Below, piece by piece: positions 18,881 to 29,474 of a stretch of 57,526 bases of DNA. The first letter of the stretch is position 1. Each line of letters opens with the position of its first letter. This DNA is from an uncultured Hellea sp. (GTDB taxonomy: Bacteria; Pseudomonadota; Alphaproteobacteria; Caulobacterales; Maricaulaceae): contig CAYXEB010000001.1 in assembly GCA_964463835.1 (NCBI GenBank), positions 1 through 57,526 of the forward strand, written 5' to 3'. The notes under the pieces were generated by a model. That model saw only the letters and a list, made by a program, of their open reading frames with translations. It made no database searches and had not been told where the DNA came from. The translations under genes were made by a program, and so were the position numbers.

Positions 18881-19342
18881 ATGTTATCCACCCGTATTCC
18901 AGCCATTTTGACCTCTTCGCTTTTGGCTGTGACGCTCTTGGCCGGATGCGGCTCTTTGGGAGGCAAAGGCAAAGCTCGGGCTGAAGCTCAAAAACTATCC
19001 GCCGCGCAATCGCCAAATATCGGAGTGAATTCTTTTTTATGGCGCGCCAGCCTCGAAACGCTCAATTTTATGCCTTTGGCTCAGGTCGACCCCTTTGGCG
19101 GCGTCATCGTTACAGAATGGTATGCCTCGGCAGAAGCCCCGCAAGAACGCTTTAAAGCCAATGTTTATATCCTCGATACAAATCTAAGAGCCGATGCACT
19201 TAAAACTTCTATTTTCAAGCAAACACGTTCTACCAGCGGATGGGAAGATGCAGCTGTTGATGCTGATACGGCACGGCAAATTGAAAATGCAATTTTGACC
19301 CGTGCCCGCGAGCTATATATTTCCACGGTTGATGCTGGATAA
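18881..19342 (+). CDS. DUF3576 lipoprotein
   Basis: LAGC lipobox; GVNSFLWRASLETLNFMPL, DPFGGVIVTEWY, IENAILTRAREL; usual position before leuS. Confidence 0.88.
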   Translation: MLSTRIPAILTSSLLAVTLLAGCGSLGGKGKARAEAQKLSAAQSPNIGVNSFLWRASLETLNFMPLAQVDPFGGVIVTEWYASAEAPQERFKANVYILDTNLRADALKTSIFKQTRSTSGWEDAAVDADTARQIENAILTRARELYISTVDAG

Positions 19343-19431
19343 ATACCCCAGATGAACATGATTGAGGACTAGCCTCACTTCATGACTCTGCTATAGAGCG
19401 GCTTTGATTATTTAATGAAGGCCCCTTTTTC

Positions 19432-21981
19432 ATGTCCGAACGCTATAATGCTGCTGAGGTCGAACCCCGTTGGCAAAAAGCCTGGGAAGAGAGTGATGTT
19501 TTTCGGGCCAATGACAATAGCGATAAGCCCAAATTTTACGCCTTAGAAATGTTTCCCTATCCCAGCGGACGTATACATATGGGACATGTACGAAATTACG
19601 CCATGGGCGATGTCGTGGCTCGCTATAAAAAAGCGCAAGGCTTTGAAGTACTCCACCCCATGGGCTGGGATAGTTTCGGAATGCCCGCAGAAAACGCGGC
19701 CAAAGATAGCGGCGGCCATCCCAAAGATTGGACTTACGGGAATATCGAGGCGATGAAAGCCCCACTCCAGCGCCTTGGGTTTGCGCTGGATTGGAGCCGC
19801 GAATTTGCGACATCTGACGAGGCCTATTATAAACAGCAGCAGGCGATTTTCCTTAAGTTCTGGGAAAAGGGCTTAGTCTACCGCAAGACGGCTAAGGTCA
19901 ATTGGGACCCCGTCGACAATACGGTCCTGGCCAATGAGCAAGTCATTGACGGCAAGGGCTGGCGCAGCGGGGCAGTCGTTGAGCAGCGCGATATGGATCA
20001 GTGGTTTTTCAAAATCACTGAGTATGCCGATGAGCTTTTAACGGGACTGGACGGTCTGGACCGCTGGCCCGAAAAGGTAAAGACGATGCAAGCCAATTGG
20101 ATTGGGAAATCCGAAGGGCTGCAAATGCGCTTTGAAGGCGACGCCGAGATTGAGGTTTTCACCACGCGGCCAGATACGCTATTTGGCGCGAGCTTTATTG
20201 CGCTTTCCTCTGACCATCCACTGACAAAGAAACTGGCGAAGGATAATGAAGCACTTGAGGCTTTCAGAGGTGAGTGCGCGAAAATCGGCACAACAGAAGA
20301 AGCCATCGCCACCGCGCCAAAGCTTGGCTGTGATACGGGATTGCGAGTCAAGCATCCTTTCATTGAAGGTAAAACCCTGCCCGTCTGGATCGCGAACTTT
20401 GTTCTTATGGGTTATGGAACAGGTGCAGTTTTTGGCTGTCCAGCACATGACCAACGCGATCTAGATTTTGCGAGAAAATATGGGTTGGACGTTACCCCTG
20501 TTGTTCTACCTAATGGCGAAGACGCAACTACATATGATGTTGGAGATGAAGCCTATACGGGTGAAGGTACATTATTTAATTCCGAATTTCTCAACGGTAG
20601 TTCTAAGGAGACCGGAATTATAAAGGCTATTGAGGCCCTCGAAGAACTGGGTATTGGCCAAGGCGTCACGCAATATCGCCTGCGCGATTGGGGCGTGTCG
20701 CGCCAGCGCTATTGGGGCTGCCCTATTCCTGTCATTCATTGCGAAGATTGCGGCGTGCTGCCTGTGCCGGAAGCCGACCTGCCCGTCGCCCTGCCCTATG
20801 ATAATATTGACCTGTCCATTCCGGGAAATCCGCTAGACCGTCACCCAACCTTTAAACATATCGACTGCCCCAAATGCGGTAAACCTGCGCGGCGCGAGAC
20901 GGATACGCTGGATACTTTTGCAGATAGTTCTTGGTATTTCGCGCGCTTTGCTGGCGGTAATACAAAGGAGAAACCATTTGACAAAAAAATCGCCTCTGAC
21001 TGGATGCCCGTAGATCAATATGTCGGCGGGGTTGAGCACGCGGTTTTGCATTTGCTTTATGCGCGTTTCTTTACCAAAGGCCTGCGCGATTGCGGATTGT
21101 TTGACCTGCCGAGCGGGGAACCTTTTGCGGGGCTCTTTACGCAAGGTATGGTCACACATGCGGTCTTTACCGATTCTGATGGGAATTATGTCATGCCGGC
21201 TGATGTCATCGAAGACGGCAATCAGCTTCTCCATATTGAGACCAAACAAATCATCGAAAAAGGCGACGTCATTAAAATGTCCAAGTCCAAGAAAAATGTT
21301 GTTGACCCCAATGACATTATCGAAGGTTACGGCGCGGATGTGGCGCGCTGGTTTGTCCTCTCTGATAGCCCGCCTGAACGCGATGTTGAATGGACCGAAG
21401 CGGGCGTAATTGGCGCCTGGCGCTTTGCCAATAAGGTCTGGGCGCTTGTTTCCGAAACGCCAAAAATGGACCCGCTGAGCGTGGCAAGTAATACCAAAGG
21501 TGACGCGCTTAAGCTGCGCCGCTTTGCCCATAAGGCATTGGCGAAAATCACAGCAGGTATTGAAAGCTTTCGGTTTAATACTTCCGTCGCGCAAATTTAT
21601 GAGCTGACCAACGCCCTCAAAAAATATGAAGCTAATGACGACGCCAAAGCCGAGGCGCTAGGCATGCTCATTCGCGCCATTGCGCCTTTCATGCCGCATT
21701 TATCAGAAGAGTGCTGGTCACATTTAGGCGGAGAAGACTTATGTTATCACGCGCCCTGGCCCGCTGTGGATGAAAGTCTGCTTGTCGAAGACACCGTGAC
21801 TATACCTTTACAAGTCAACGGAAAGCGCCGAGGGGAAATATCTGTACCTGCCGATATTTCCAAAGAGGAGGCCGAAAAATTAGCCTTAGCCTATCCGGCC
21901 ATCATCCGTACCATTGATGGCCTAACTGTAAGAAAAGTCATCGTTGTTCCTGGACGAATAATCAATATAGTAGCGTCATGA
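19432..21981 (+). CDS. leuS: leucine--tRNA ligase
   Basis: MFPYPSG, HMGH, KMSKS. Confidence 0.98.
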   Translation: MSERYNAAEVEPRWQKAWEESDVFRANDNSDKPKFYALEMFPYPSGRIHMGHVRNYAMGDVVARYKKAQGFEVLHPMGWDSFGMPAENAAKDSGGHPKDWTYGNIEAMKAPLQRLGFALDWSREFATSDEAYYKQQQAIFLKFWEKGLVYRKTAKVNWDPVDNTVLANEQVIDGKGWRSGAVVEQRDMDQWFFKITEYADELLTGLDGLDRWPEKVKTMQANWIGKSEGLQMRFEGDAEIEVFTTRPDTLFGASFIALSSDHPLTKKLAKDNEALEAFRGECAKIGTTEEAIATAPKLGCDTGLRVKHPFIEGKTLPVWIANFVLMGYGTGAVFGCPAHDQRDLDFARKYGLDVTPVVLPNGEDATTYDVGDEAYTGEGTLFNSEFLNGSSKETGIIKAIEALEELGIGQGVTQYRLRDWGVSRQRYWGCPIPVIHCEDCGVLPVPEADLPVALPYDNIDLSIPGNPLDRHPTFKHIDCPKCGKPARRETDTLDTFADSSWYFARFAGGNTKEKPFDKKIASDWMPVDQYVGGVEHAVLHLLYARFFTKGLRDCGLFDLPSGEPFAGLFTQGMVTHAVFTDSDGNYVMPADVIEDGNQLLHIETKQIIEKGDVIKMSKSKKNVVDPNDIIEGYGADVARWFVLSDSPPERDVEWTEAGVIGAWRFANKVWALVSETPKMDPLSVASNTKGDALKLRRFAHKALAKITAGIESFRFNTSVAQIYELTNALKKYEANDDAKAEALGMLIRAIAPFMPHLSEECWSHLGGEDLCYHAPWPAVDESLLVEDTVTIPLQVNGKRRGEISVPADISKEEAEKLALAYPAIIRTIDGLTVRKVIVVPGRIINIVAS

Positions 21982-22481
21982 TCAAAACCTTATTGAGTGT
22001 TATATCACTTTTACTCCTGACAGGCTGTGCAGGCTTTACCCCTCTTCACGCCTCAACAAGCGGAGCAAATAGCGCGGCCTTTGAAAATGTCTCCATCAAA
22101 GTCACAGACGGGGTCGATCAAGGCGATCAAGAGGCTGGGTTTTTTGTGATGCAACGCCTGCGTGACCGGATAGGTGAAAATAACGGCGAGCATGTTTTAA
22201 CCCTAAACCCAATACTAAGGCGGTCGGGTTTCGGTATTAATTCAATTGATGTAGCCTCGCGCTATGATTCTAATGTCACTGTAAGATATACATTGACCGA
22301 TAAAAAAAGTGGTAAGGTTTTAACGAAGGGTTCTGTCACAGCTGTATCAACATTTGGCGCGCCGCTTGACCCTTATGGCCTCATTGCTGCTGATAAAAAC
22401 GCAACCCAGCAAACAACCAAAGAAGCCGCCGACAGGATATTAGTTAAACTTGCGTCTTATTATGCAAATCCAAAAAAATGA
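21978..22481 (+). CDS. lptE: LPS assembly lipoprotein LptE
   Basis: LTGC lipobox and GFTPLH; leuS-lptE-holA synteny. Confidence 0.8.
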   Translation: MIKTLLSVISLLLLTGCAGFTPLHASTSGANSAAFENVSIKVTDGVDQGDQEAGFFVMQRLRDRIGENNGEHVLTLNPILRRSGFGINSIDVASRYDSNVTVRYTLTDKKSGKVLTKGSVTAVSTFGAPLDPYGLIAADKNATQQTTKEAADRILVKLASYYANPKK

Positions 22482-23530
22482 AACTGACTGGCGCCCGGGC
22501 GGAAAGCTTTCTGGCTAACCCGCGAACCGATATTATTGGCGTCTTATTATTTGGTCCGGACCGCGGCCTGGTAAAAGAACGCTCTCAGAAACTCATAAAA
22601 AAATATTGTACAAATCCCAATGACGTTTTTGCAGCGACTATTCTTACTGCGGATGACCTAACTTCTGACCCTGCTAAGCTTTCAGATGAAATGTCCGCTT
22701 TATCCATGTTCGGGGATGCCCGCTTGGTGCGCGTCAGACTAGACCATGAACGCAGCGCTCAAGCGATTAGTAAAATTATCAAATCTTTTGATACTGATCC
22801 GCAAAAGGCAGAAGCTAAACTTATCATCGAAGCCGGGGACTTAACACCACGCTCGGCAATTAGAAAAACTTTTGAAGGTTCAGGGCATTTTGCCTCTATT
22901 GGCTGCTACCGCGCAAATACCCAAGACTTAGCCAATCTTGTACGCACGTCATTAACTGAAAATGCGATAGACATTGATGCAGAGGCATTAGCGCTGTGGG
23001 TTCCCTTATTAGAAGGGGATTATGCGCTGGCCAAAGGAGAAATTGAAAAAATGATGCTCTATAAAGGCTACGGATCTGAGCCCGACGCCAGAGTAACCGT
23101 TGAAGACATTCACGTTTTAGCCGCCGGGGGGCAAAATGCATCAATAGATGATATAATTATGAGCGCGATGGAAGGACGAATTAATGAATGTGATGCCAGC
23201 TATAAACGCGCCGTGGACGGCAAGATAAATTCGGCTGTTGTTTTGCGCGCTCTACAACGTCACTTAGGACGATTAATTGAGGCTAACGGAAATATGGCGC
23301 GAGGTGAAACAGCGCAAAGCGCAATCAAGTATTTGCGTCCTCCAGTTTTTAAAATGCAAGAAAGGTATTTTCTGGCACAATTAAGGATATGGCCAAGGCG
23401 AGCCCTAAAGCGAGGCTTATCGCAAAGCTTAGAAGCTGAAAAAATGCTAAAAACGGCAGGCTCTCCTGCAGATGCCATAACGGGTCGGCTTTTACTGGCC
23501 TTAGCCAGCTTTGCCAAAAAACGGCGGTAA
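22478..23530 (+). CDS. holA: DNA polymerase III subunit delta
   Basis: LLFGPDRGLV, EIEKMMLY, LRPPVF; synteny. Confidence 0.92.
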   Translation: MKLTGARAESFLANPRTDIIGVLLFGPDRGLVKERSQKLIKKYCTNPNDVFAATILTADDLTSDPAKLSDEMSALSMFGDARLVRVRLDHERSAQAISKIIKSFDTDPQKAEAKLIIEAGDLTPRSAIRKTFEGSGHFASIGCYRANTQDLANLVRTSLTENAIDIDAEALALWVPLLEGDYALAKGEIEKMMLYKGYGSEPDARVTVEDIHVLAAGGQNASIDDIIMSAMEGRINECDASYKRAVDGKINSAVVLRALQRHLGRLIEANGNMARGETAQSAIKYLRPPVFKMQERYFLAQLRIWPRRALKRGLSQSLEAEKMLKTAGSPADAITGRLLLALASFAKKRR

Positions 23531-23542
23531 TTAAACGCCGTT

Positions 23543-24511
23543 TTACATACCTTGTTCAAATAGAAACTGATCAAAGAACTCAAAGAATTGATCCCTATAG
23601 ATGTCTCGCTCTAAAAATAATTCATGAAACGAGCCTGGAACAACATTAAACCGTGCTTTTGCATTTCGCGCAAATTCCTTATTTGATTTAGGGTCAACAA
23701 TAGGGTCCGCGCCTGCCGCAACAATGAGGCAAGGTATATTCAAATCAGACGCATTTCTATTCACATAAGCCATCGATTTGAGCGCTGAGTCAATCCAGCC
23801 ATATGTCGGCGGTCCTAATCGAAGCCTCGGAGTTGTTTGAAAATAAGACGCCCAGTTTCTATATCGGTCCTTATCAGAGGTCAGCTTATTGATGTTAAAA
23901 GGAACAGGAAGCCCCCGTCTTTGTTTTTGAAAGGGTAAGTTTCTAGTACCCAACCCTAATGCAGCTAGAGCTTTAATCATATGGCGCGTGATAAATGTAT
24001 CAAGGTCAAACAGGCCTAACATTGGCGCAGAACATATAACAGCGGAGGGGTTTATGACTCCGCTAATAACAGATTGAAGCGCAATAGTTCCTCCCATTGA
24101 ATGCCCCATAACAATATGAGGTTTGGGCAAACCGTGCTCAAATTCCCCCAGAGCAAAAGCAAGATCATCTGCGTAAGTTTGAAAACTATCAATATAGCTT
24201 TTTAACTTATCTTCTAAAATTCGGTCAGACAGACCTTGTCCGCGCGGGTCAACCATGAGAACATTAAACCCACGGTCAATAAAATCAGCGATAGTCTCGA
24301 GATATTTTTCTATAAATTCTGTTCTACCGGGCGAGAAAATAATTGAACCCCGAGCTTCGTCACGGTTCGTCGTTGCATACATAACACGCAACCGTAAATT
24401 TTCATTTTTAATATAATAAAGGCGCATCCGAGATTCGAGGCTCTCGGGTATTGGTCGCCCGCCTGGCTGAATAAGTTCAGCTTCTTCAAATTCTGGAAAT
24501 ATACTCACCAT
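23543..24511 (-). CDS. alpha/beta hydrolase, lysophospholipase L2 (PldB)-like
   Basis: PGRTEFIEKY, RGQGLSDR, GHSMGG, HELFLERD; ATG at 24511 preferred over the track's TTG. Confidence 0.85.
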   Translation of the reverse strand: MVSIFPEFEEAELIQPGGRPIPESLESRMRLYYIKNENLRLRVMYATTNRDEARGSIIFSPGRTEFIEKYLETIADFIDRGFNVLMVDPRGQGLSDRILEDKLKSYIDSFQTYADDLAFALGEFEHGLPKPHIVMGHSMGGTIALQSVISGVINPSAVICSAPMLGLFDLDTFITRHMIKALAALGLGTRNLPFQKQRRGLPVPFNINKLTSDKDRYRNWASYFQTTPRLRLGPPTYGWIDSALKSMAYVNRNASDLNIPCLIVAAGADPIVDPKSNKEFARNAKARFNVVPGSFHELFLERDIYRDQFFEFFDQFLFEQGM

Positions 24512-24533
24512 AATAAAGGGGGCCAAGCCCCCT
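24511..24533 (-). terminator. GC-rich hairpin, possible terminator after the SCP2 gene
   Basis: Minus strand reads AGGGGGC-ttg-GCCCCCT-TTATT and directly abuts the next ATG. Confidence 0.5.
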
Positions 24534-24552
24534 AAAACCGACCCTTCTGGTC

Positions 24553-24846
24553 TTACATATTTGAGAATATACTTTGTAAACCCATCGCGACCGACATATC
24601 ACCAGCCACCTTAAGCTTACCTGACATGAAAGCCATCATAGGGTCTAAATTGCCTTCAGCTAATGAAATGAAGTCATCTTTAGAAACAGAGATTGTGCAA
24701 TCTGCGTCTTTATCTTCCGTTGTGGCTTCAGTACCAGAAGCAAACACACAACCATCATCTCCAAAGTCAAACTTCACTGACTTATCTGTGCCGCCAGCCT
24801 TTACCAAAGCTTCGCCCATTTTCGCTGCAATATCCGCATTTTCCAT
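24553..24846 (-). CDS. SCP2 sterol/lipid-binding domain protein (97 aa)
   Basis: ATG at 24846 with AAAGGA SD; DADCTI and LDPMMAFMSGKLKVAGDMSVAM. Confidence 0.9.
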   Translation of the reverse strand: MENADIAAKMGEALVKAGGTDKSVKFDFGDDGCVFASGTEATTEDKDADCTISVSKDDFISLAEGNLDPMMAFMSGKLKVAGDMSVAMGLQSIFSNM

Positions 24847-24923
24847 AACTTGTCCTTTATATCTGGAAGTCCTATCAACTATATGGGCCTTCAAACGGAA
24901 AAGTGCTAGATTTTTTTTCAGCT

Positions 24924-25805
24924 TTAGAGCGGCTTTCTAAACTTCAGCGTTGCCCGGTCAGACTCGCCAATGTTTTTAAAGAGCTGAGCATCAAAACCTT
25001 TGGCTTCCTCACTCCCCTCTTTAGGAAGGCGTGAGCGCGGCGGAAGTGTCCAAACACCAAATGGATGGTCAGCCGTATCACGAGGATTGGCATTTACCTC
25101 GCTGCTAGCAACAAATTCAAATCCAGCACGTATGGCTTGATCTTTCATATATGATTCTTGGACGTAACCCGTAGAGCCTTTGGGGTTTTGAACAGCAGTC
25201 TCAGGAAGACGGTGCTCAACAATGCCCAAAATACCACCTGGCTTTAGGGCTGCGAAGAATTCACTATAGGCCTGATCAGCATAACCTCGGCCCATCCAAT
25301 TATGAACATTACGGAAAGACAATAATATATCCACTGATTCTGGTGGAAGTATGGGCCCGTGGTCTTGCCAAAAACCGCCATACTCAATTTCACCATATAC
25401 GGATGTATCAGAATATTTTTCTTTATAGCCTTGAATGCGTTTATCAAGCCGTTCATTAATCCCTTCGGGATAAAGAACAGCAACGTATTTCCCGCCGTTT
25501 TCTTTCAAATAAGGCGCTATCGCATTTGTGTACCACCCTGGCCAAATCTCAGCGACTTTTTTACCCGGGCCAACTTCAAAAAATTCTAAGGTTTCTTTTG
25601 GGTGTCGGTACTGATCTCTAGGCGCTTCTTCCGCTCTACGTGGGTGAGCCAATATTTCAGCCAAAGTTACCGGTTCCGTCATCGCCTTCTCAACGATATT
25701 TTCGACAGGTTTAGGCGTTTGCACATTTTCAGACCCGTTTGAGCAAGCCGCTAAAATCGCAGCGCTTAGAATAAGGACTTTATGAGTTAAAATATTTCGA
25801 GGCAT
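24924..25805 (-). CDS. predicted class I SAM-dependent methyltransferase, lipoprotein (COG4798-like)
   Basis: ATG at 25805 with GGAG SD; LAAC lipobox; RDQYRHPKETLEFF, FRNVHNW, LKPGGILGIVEHR, IGESDRATLKFRKP. Confidence 0.85.
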   Translation of the reverse strand: MPRNILTHKVLILSAAILAACSNGSENVQTPKPVENIVEKAMTEPVTLAEILAHPRRAEEAPRDQYRHPKETLEFFEVGPGKKVAEIWPGWYTNAIAPYLKENGGKYVAVLYPEGINERLDKRIQGYKEKYSDTSVYGEIEYGGFWQDHGPILPPESVDILLSFRNVHNWMGRGYADQAYSEFFAALKPGGILGIVEHRLPETAVQNPKGSTGYVQESYMKDQAIRAGFEFVASSEVNANPRDTADHPFGVWTLPPRSRLPKEGSEEAKGFDAQLFKNIGESDRATLKFRKPL

Positions 25806-25868
25806 AGGTATCTCCACTGTTTTTATGTTTCTAGCCCAAGAAAATTGATTTTCAACCACAGTTTATCT

Positions 25869-25896
25869 CTTGAAACCTAAATCAGGCTTCCTACCT
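25869..25896 (+). promoter_or_regulatory. RpoH (sigma32) promoter of ibpA
   Basis: CTTG (of CTTGAAA), 17-nt spacer, CCTACCT. Confidence 0.75.
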
Positions 25897-25902
25897 TTTT
25901 CT

Positions 25903-25990
25903 ATGGGACGCTCTTTAAGAGGTCTCATCTCTGAAAGGCTGCTCATGGTGAGAGCCTAAAACTACATTGCTAAAAGGATGTATAATTATG
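25903..25990 (+). ncRNA. ROSE-type RNA thermometer
   Basis: Three hairpins (25903-25928, 25936-25957, 25963-25982). The last is TACA-TTGCT-AAA-AGGA-TGTA, pairing the U(U/C)GCU motif with the AGGA SD. Confidence 0.82.
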
Positions 25991-26461
25991 AGAACTTATG
26001 ATTTTAGCCCGCTTTATCGTTCATTTGTCGGGTTTGATAGAATGGCAAATCTTATTGATTCAGCAACTCAACAAGCCAATGCGTCAAACAATTACCCGCC
26101 CTATAATATAAGCCAACTATCTGAAAATACTTATAAAATAGAGCTCGCCGTCGCTGGGTTCACTGAAGAGACTCTGGCTATTGAAAGCCATGAAAATGTC
26201 TTAACGGTCTCAAGTAATCACAGCCCCAAGGCTGATAATGATGGCGCTCAATATCTTCACCGCGGAATCGCTGAACGTGATTTTGAAAAACGTTTCCACT
26301 TAGCTGATCATGTGATTGTTACTGGTGCAAATCTTGAAAATGGTCTTTTGAGTATTTCACTAAAACGTGAACTCCCCGAAGCCTTAAAGCCCAGAAAAAT
26401 TGCGATAAATGAACCAAGTTTAATCCAATCAAAACCTCGCCGTAAGGCAAAGGCTGCTTAA
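25988..26461 (+). CDS. ibpA: small heat-shock protein (Hsp20/IbpA)
   Basis: MRTYDFSPLYRSFVGFDR, YPPYNI, YLHRGIA, LENGLL, PEALKPRKI; true ATG at 25988. Confidence 0.95.
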   Translation: MRTYDFSPLYRSFVGFDRMANLIDSATQQANASNNYPPYNISQLSENTYKIELAVAGFTEETLAIESHENVLTVSSNHSPKADNDGAQYLHRGIAERDFEKRFHLADHVIVTGANLENGLLSISLKRELPEALKPRKIAINEPSLIQSKPRRKAKAA

Positions 26462-26474
26462 AAGGGTCTACGCG

Positions 26475-26581
26475 AACATTTAATCCCGTTTCCCCCTAAC
26501 TAGGGTTATTTGATATCCCGTAAGACTGACGGCGCCAAATAAATGCTTCCCCTCCTCCCAGCATATTGGCGCCGTCATTTA
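26475..26581 (+). ncRNA. candidate 3'UTR sRNA/terminator with C-rich anti-SD loops (cuckoo-like)
   Basis: Hairpin with loop TCCCCCT, then a 12-bp perfect stem enclosing an inner stem and loop TCCCCTCCTCCC, then TTT. Confidence 0.55.
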
Positions 26582-27592
26582 AAGACCTAATTTTATACAG
26601 ATGTCTTGTCCTGAAAGTTTAGGAGATTTTTTGTTCCTAAACGCTTCTTCGACGAGATTTAATATTATTGTGTTATATGGCGCTTCTTGAGCAGTTTTAT
26701 CTGCCAAGTTAACGATCTCACCTTGAAGAAACTTGATTTCACTTACGCGTCCTATTTCTAAATCATCAAGCATAGACGAGCGAGCTGTTGAATCAATTTT
26801 AACAATTCTATTCATAATAATTTTATAAATAAAGTTTGGTAAACCCAATATTTTTATCATTTTATCCGCTGAAGCATTTCCAAATTTTGCCGGCTCTATA
26901 CCTGTATTGCGAAGAATTTCTAACGCCTCTGAAATAACTGCCGCTAAAGCTCGGCGATAGTCAGATTGATAGAGCCCGTCTCGTAGGGCTCCACCTGTTA
27001 AAGCATTTAATCCATTATTTAAATTCACGAGAAGTTTGCCCCATTGCACAGCTAATATATCATCGAATAAATCTATTTGCTGATTAGACTTTGCAAATGC
27101 CTCTTTTAGGTAATGGAGCCGCTCATCAGAGCTATTTTCAATACTTAAATTGCCATCGGTGCCGCAATGAAAATGTCCTGGCGATATTCCAGTTATGTTA
27201 AAAGGAACGACCGCTCTTAATATTTTGAAATTCGGCAAATATGTATTTAATACATCTACATTACTTATACCATTTTGAAAACTCATTATGAGCGTATTCG
27301 GCGCCACAATTTTCGCAATGGTCTTAGCTGCCTGCTCTGTATCTTGAGACTTCACCGTAATCAGAATAATATTCGCACGCGCGAGCACATTAGGCTCAAT
27401 ATAAAACTGAATATCTTTTGGGGCTAAATCTATTTTAGGGTTTTTAAAATGGGACAAAGATAACCCATTTTCGAGCAATTCACTTTTAAATTTAGACCGG
27501 CCAACAAAAGTTACATCTTGCCCAGTATTTAATAATAAGCCTCCTAAATAACAACCAACAGATCCCGCTCCAAAAATACAAATATTGTTCAT
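26579..27592 (-). CDS. panE: 2-dehydropantoate 2-reductase
   Basis: GAGSVG, TVKS, FQNG, WGKLLVNLNN, SSMLDD, SEI. Confidence 0.88.
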   Translation of the reverse strand: MNNICIFGAGSVGCYLGGLLLNTGQDVTFVGRSKFKSELLENGLSLSHFKNPKIDLAPKDIQFYIEPNVLARANIILITVKSQDTEQAAKTIAKIVAPNTLIMSFQNGISNVDVLNTYLPNFKILRAVVPFNITGISPGHFHCGTDGNLSIENSSDERLHYLKEAFAKSNQQIDLFDDILAVQWGKLLVNLNNGLNALTGGALRDGLYQSDYRRALAAVISEALEILRNTGIEPAKFGNASADKMIKILGLPNFIYKIIMNRIVKIDSTARSSMLDDLEIGRVSEIKFLQGEIVNLADKTAQEAPYNTIILNLVEEAFRNKKSPKLSGQDICIKLGL

Positions 27593-27631
27593 TTGAAACT
27601 AAAAGCCAGCATTGGATATTCTTTTAAAAAC

Positions 27632-28930
27632 TTAGGTGTTCATACTTTCAAAGAAGTCTGAGTTTGTTTTACTATCTTTAAGCTTGGATAATAAAAATTC
27701 GATCGCGTCCATGGTTCCCATTGGATTTAATATGCGGCGTAAAACATATGTTTTCTGAAGTTCTACGGGCAAAACCAAAAGCTCCTCCTTACGAGTCCCT
27801 GATTTTGTAACATCTATAGCCGGGAACACTCTCTTATCAGCAACTTTACGGTCTAGAACGATTTCAGAGTTACCCGTTCCTTTAAATTCTTCGAAAATAA
27901 CTTCGTCCATTCGAGAACCTGTTTCAATCAAAGCTGTTGCAATAATCGTTAGTGATCCTCCTTCTTCAATATTTCTAGCTGCGCCAAAGAAACGTTTAGG
28001 ACGTTGCAAGGCATTTGCATCAACACCCCCGGTAAGTACCTTACCTGAGCTTGGAACCACTGTGTTATAAGCCCGGCCTAGCCGCGTGATTGAATCAAGT
28101 AAAATAACAACATCTTTGCCATGCTCAGTCAGCCGTTTTGCTTTTTGAATAACCATTTCAGCGACCTGTACATGGCGCGTTGCTGGCTCATCAAATGTCG
28201 AAGAGACGACCTCACCTTTAACTGAGCGCTGCATATCGGTTACTTCTTCAGGACGTTCATCAATTAGAAGAACTAAAACGTAACATTCTGGATGGTTTTT
28301 TTCGATTGAGTGAGCAATATTTTGTAGCAAAACTGTTTTGCCCGTACGGGGCGGCGCAACGATTAGGGCCCGCTGACCCTTACCAATAGGCGACACAATA
28401 TCAATAATCCGGCCTGATATATCTTTAATCGTCGGGTCTTCTATTTCCATTTGAAACCGTTCCTCAGGATATAACGGCGTTAAGCTATCAAAATGAGCTT
28501 TATTCCTCGCCTGCTCAGGTGTTCCAAAATTCATTTCTGTGACATTTGTTAGAGCAAAATAACGCTCATTATCGCGAGGGCTTCGGATCTCTCCTGATAC
28601 AGTATCCCCCGTTCTTAGTCCTAATTTACGGACTTGGTTTGGACTGACATAAATATCATCAGGGCCTGGTAAATAATTTGCTTCCGGAGCTCTTAAAAAT
28701 CCAAACCCATCTTGCAAAACTTCTAAAACACCACCGCCATTAATTTGGATATTATCTTCCGCAAGATCCTTCATAACTCTAACAAAAATATCTTGTTTAC
28801 GCATAGACCCAGCATTTTCAAGGCCAACTTCTTCTGCAAATTTAATTAATTCAGCAGGTTTTAAAGTTTTTAAATCTTGCAAGCTTAAAGAGGTCATACC
28901 TTCTAAGTTTAATTTATTTAAATCAGACAT
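27632..28930 (-). CDS. rho: transcription termination factor Rho
   Basis: [35 protein letters not shown]. Confidence 0.98.
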   Translation of the reverse strand: MSDLNKLNLEGMTSLSLQDLKTLKPAELIKFAEEVGLENAGSMRKQDIFVRVMKDLAEDNIQINGGGVLEVLQDGFGFLRAPEANYLPGPDDIYVSPNQVRKLGLRTGDTVSGEIRSPRDNERYFALTNVTEMNFGTPEQARNKAHFDSLTPLYPEERFQMEIEDPTIKDISGRIIDIVSPIGKGQRALIVAPPRTGKTVLLQNIAHSIEKNHPECYVLVLLIDERPEEVTDMQRSVKGEVVSSTFDEPATRHVQVAEMVIQKAKRLTEHGKDVVILLDSITRLGRAYNTVVPSSGKVLTGGVDANALQRPKRFFGAARNIEEGGSLTIIATALIETGSRMDEVIFEEFKGTGNSEIVLDRKVADKRVFPAIDVTKSGTRKEELLVLPVELQKTYVLRRILNPMGTMDAIEFLLSKLKDSKTNSDFFESMNT

Positions 28931-29036
28931 AATATTTCAATAGTTGTGAAGTTTTGTTCAAAATTAACAGGGAATTAGAACGGATTAGGACAATCCATAT
29001 TTCTAATGAATAGCAATTTTTAATTCGTCAAGTCTT

Positions 29037-29474
29037 TTATATAGGCCTAACAATAACCATTATAACAATTATAATCGTAAAAATGGCTGGAATTTCATTT
29101 ATTTTACGGAAAAAAATTTCAGACCTTGGTCGTGTATTTGTAAGAAATAGTTTTCTCTGTTTAGATAAAAAGCCATGATACCCAATTAATAAAACCACAA
29201 ATAAAAGCTTAATTGGTAACCAAAATGTAGCTGTCAAATCAGGTACATTATAACCAATTAAAACCAAGCCAAATAAAAAAGCAATTAACATCGCAGGAGT
29301 CATAATTATTTTTAAAAGTTTAGCTTCTGCCTCAATCATTTTCGTTTCTAGTTCTCCGCCAACTTTAGACTGATGATGATAAACAAAAAGGCGTGGTAAA
29401 TATAAAAGTCCCGCCATCCAAAAGATAACAGCAATTAAATGTATCGCTTTGAACCAATTATAAAGATCAAACAT
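29037..29474 (-). CDS. hemJ: protoporphyrinogen oxidase HemJ
   Basis: KAIHLIAVIFWMAGLLYLPRLFVYH, NEIP. Confidence 0.93.
   Translation of the reverse strand: MFDLYNWFKAIHLIAVIFWMAGLLYLPRLFVYHHQSKVGGELETKMIEAEAKLLKIIMTPAMLIAFLFGLVLIGYNVPDLTATFWLPIKLLFVVLLIGYHGFLSKQRKLFLTNTRPRSEIFFRKINEIPAIFTIIIVIMVIVRPI

Noticed and set aside
20833-21594. 253-aa ORF antisense to leuS
   Set aside because: Typical antisense shadow of GC-rich codons in a conserved gene.
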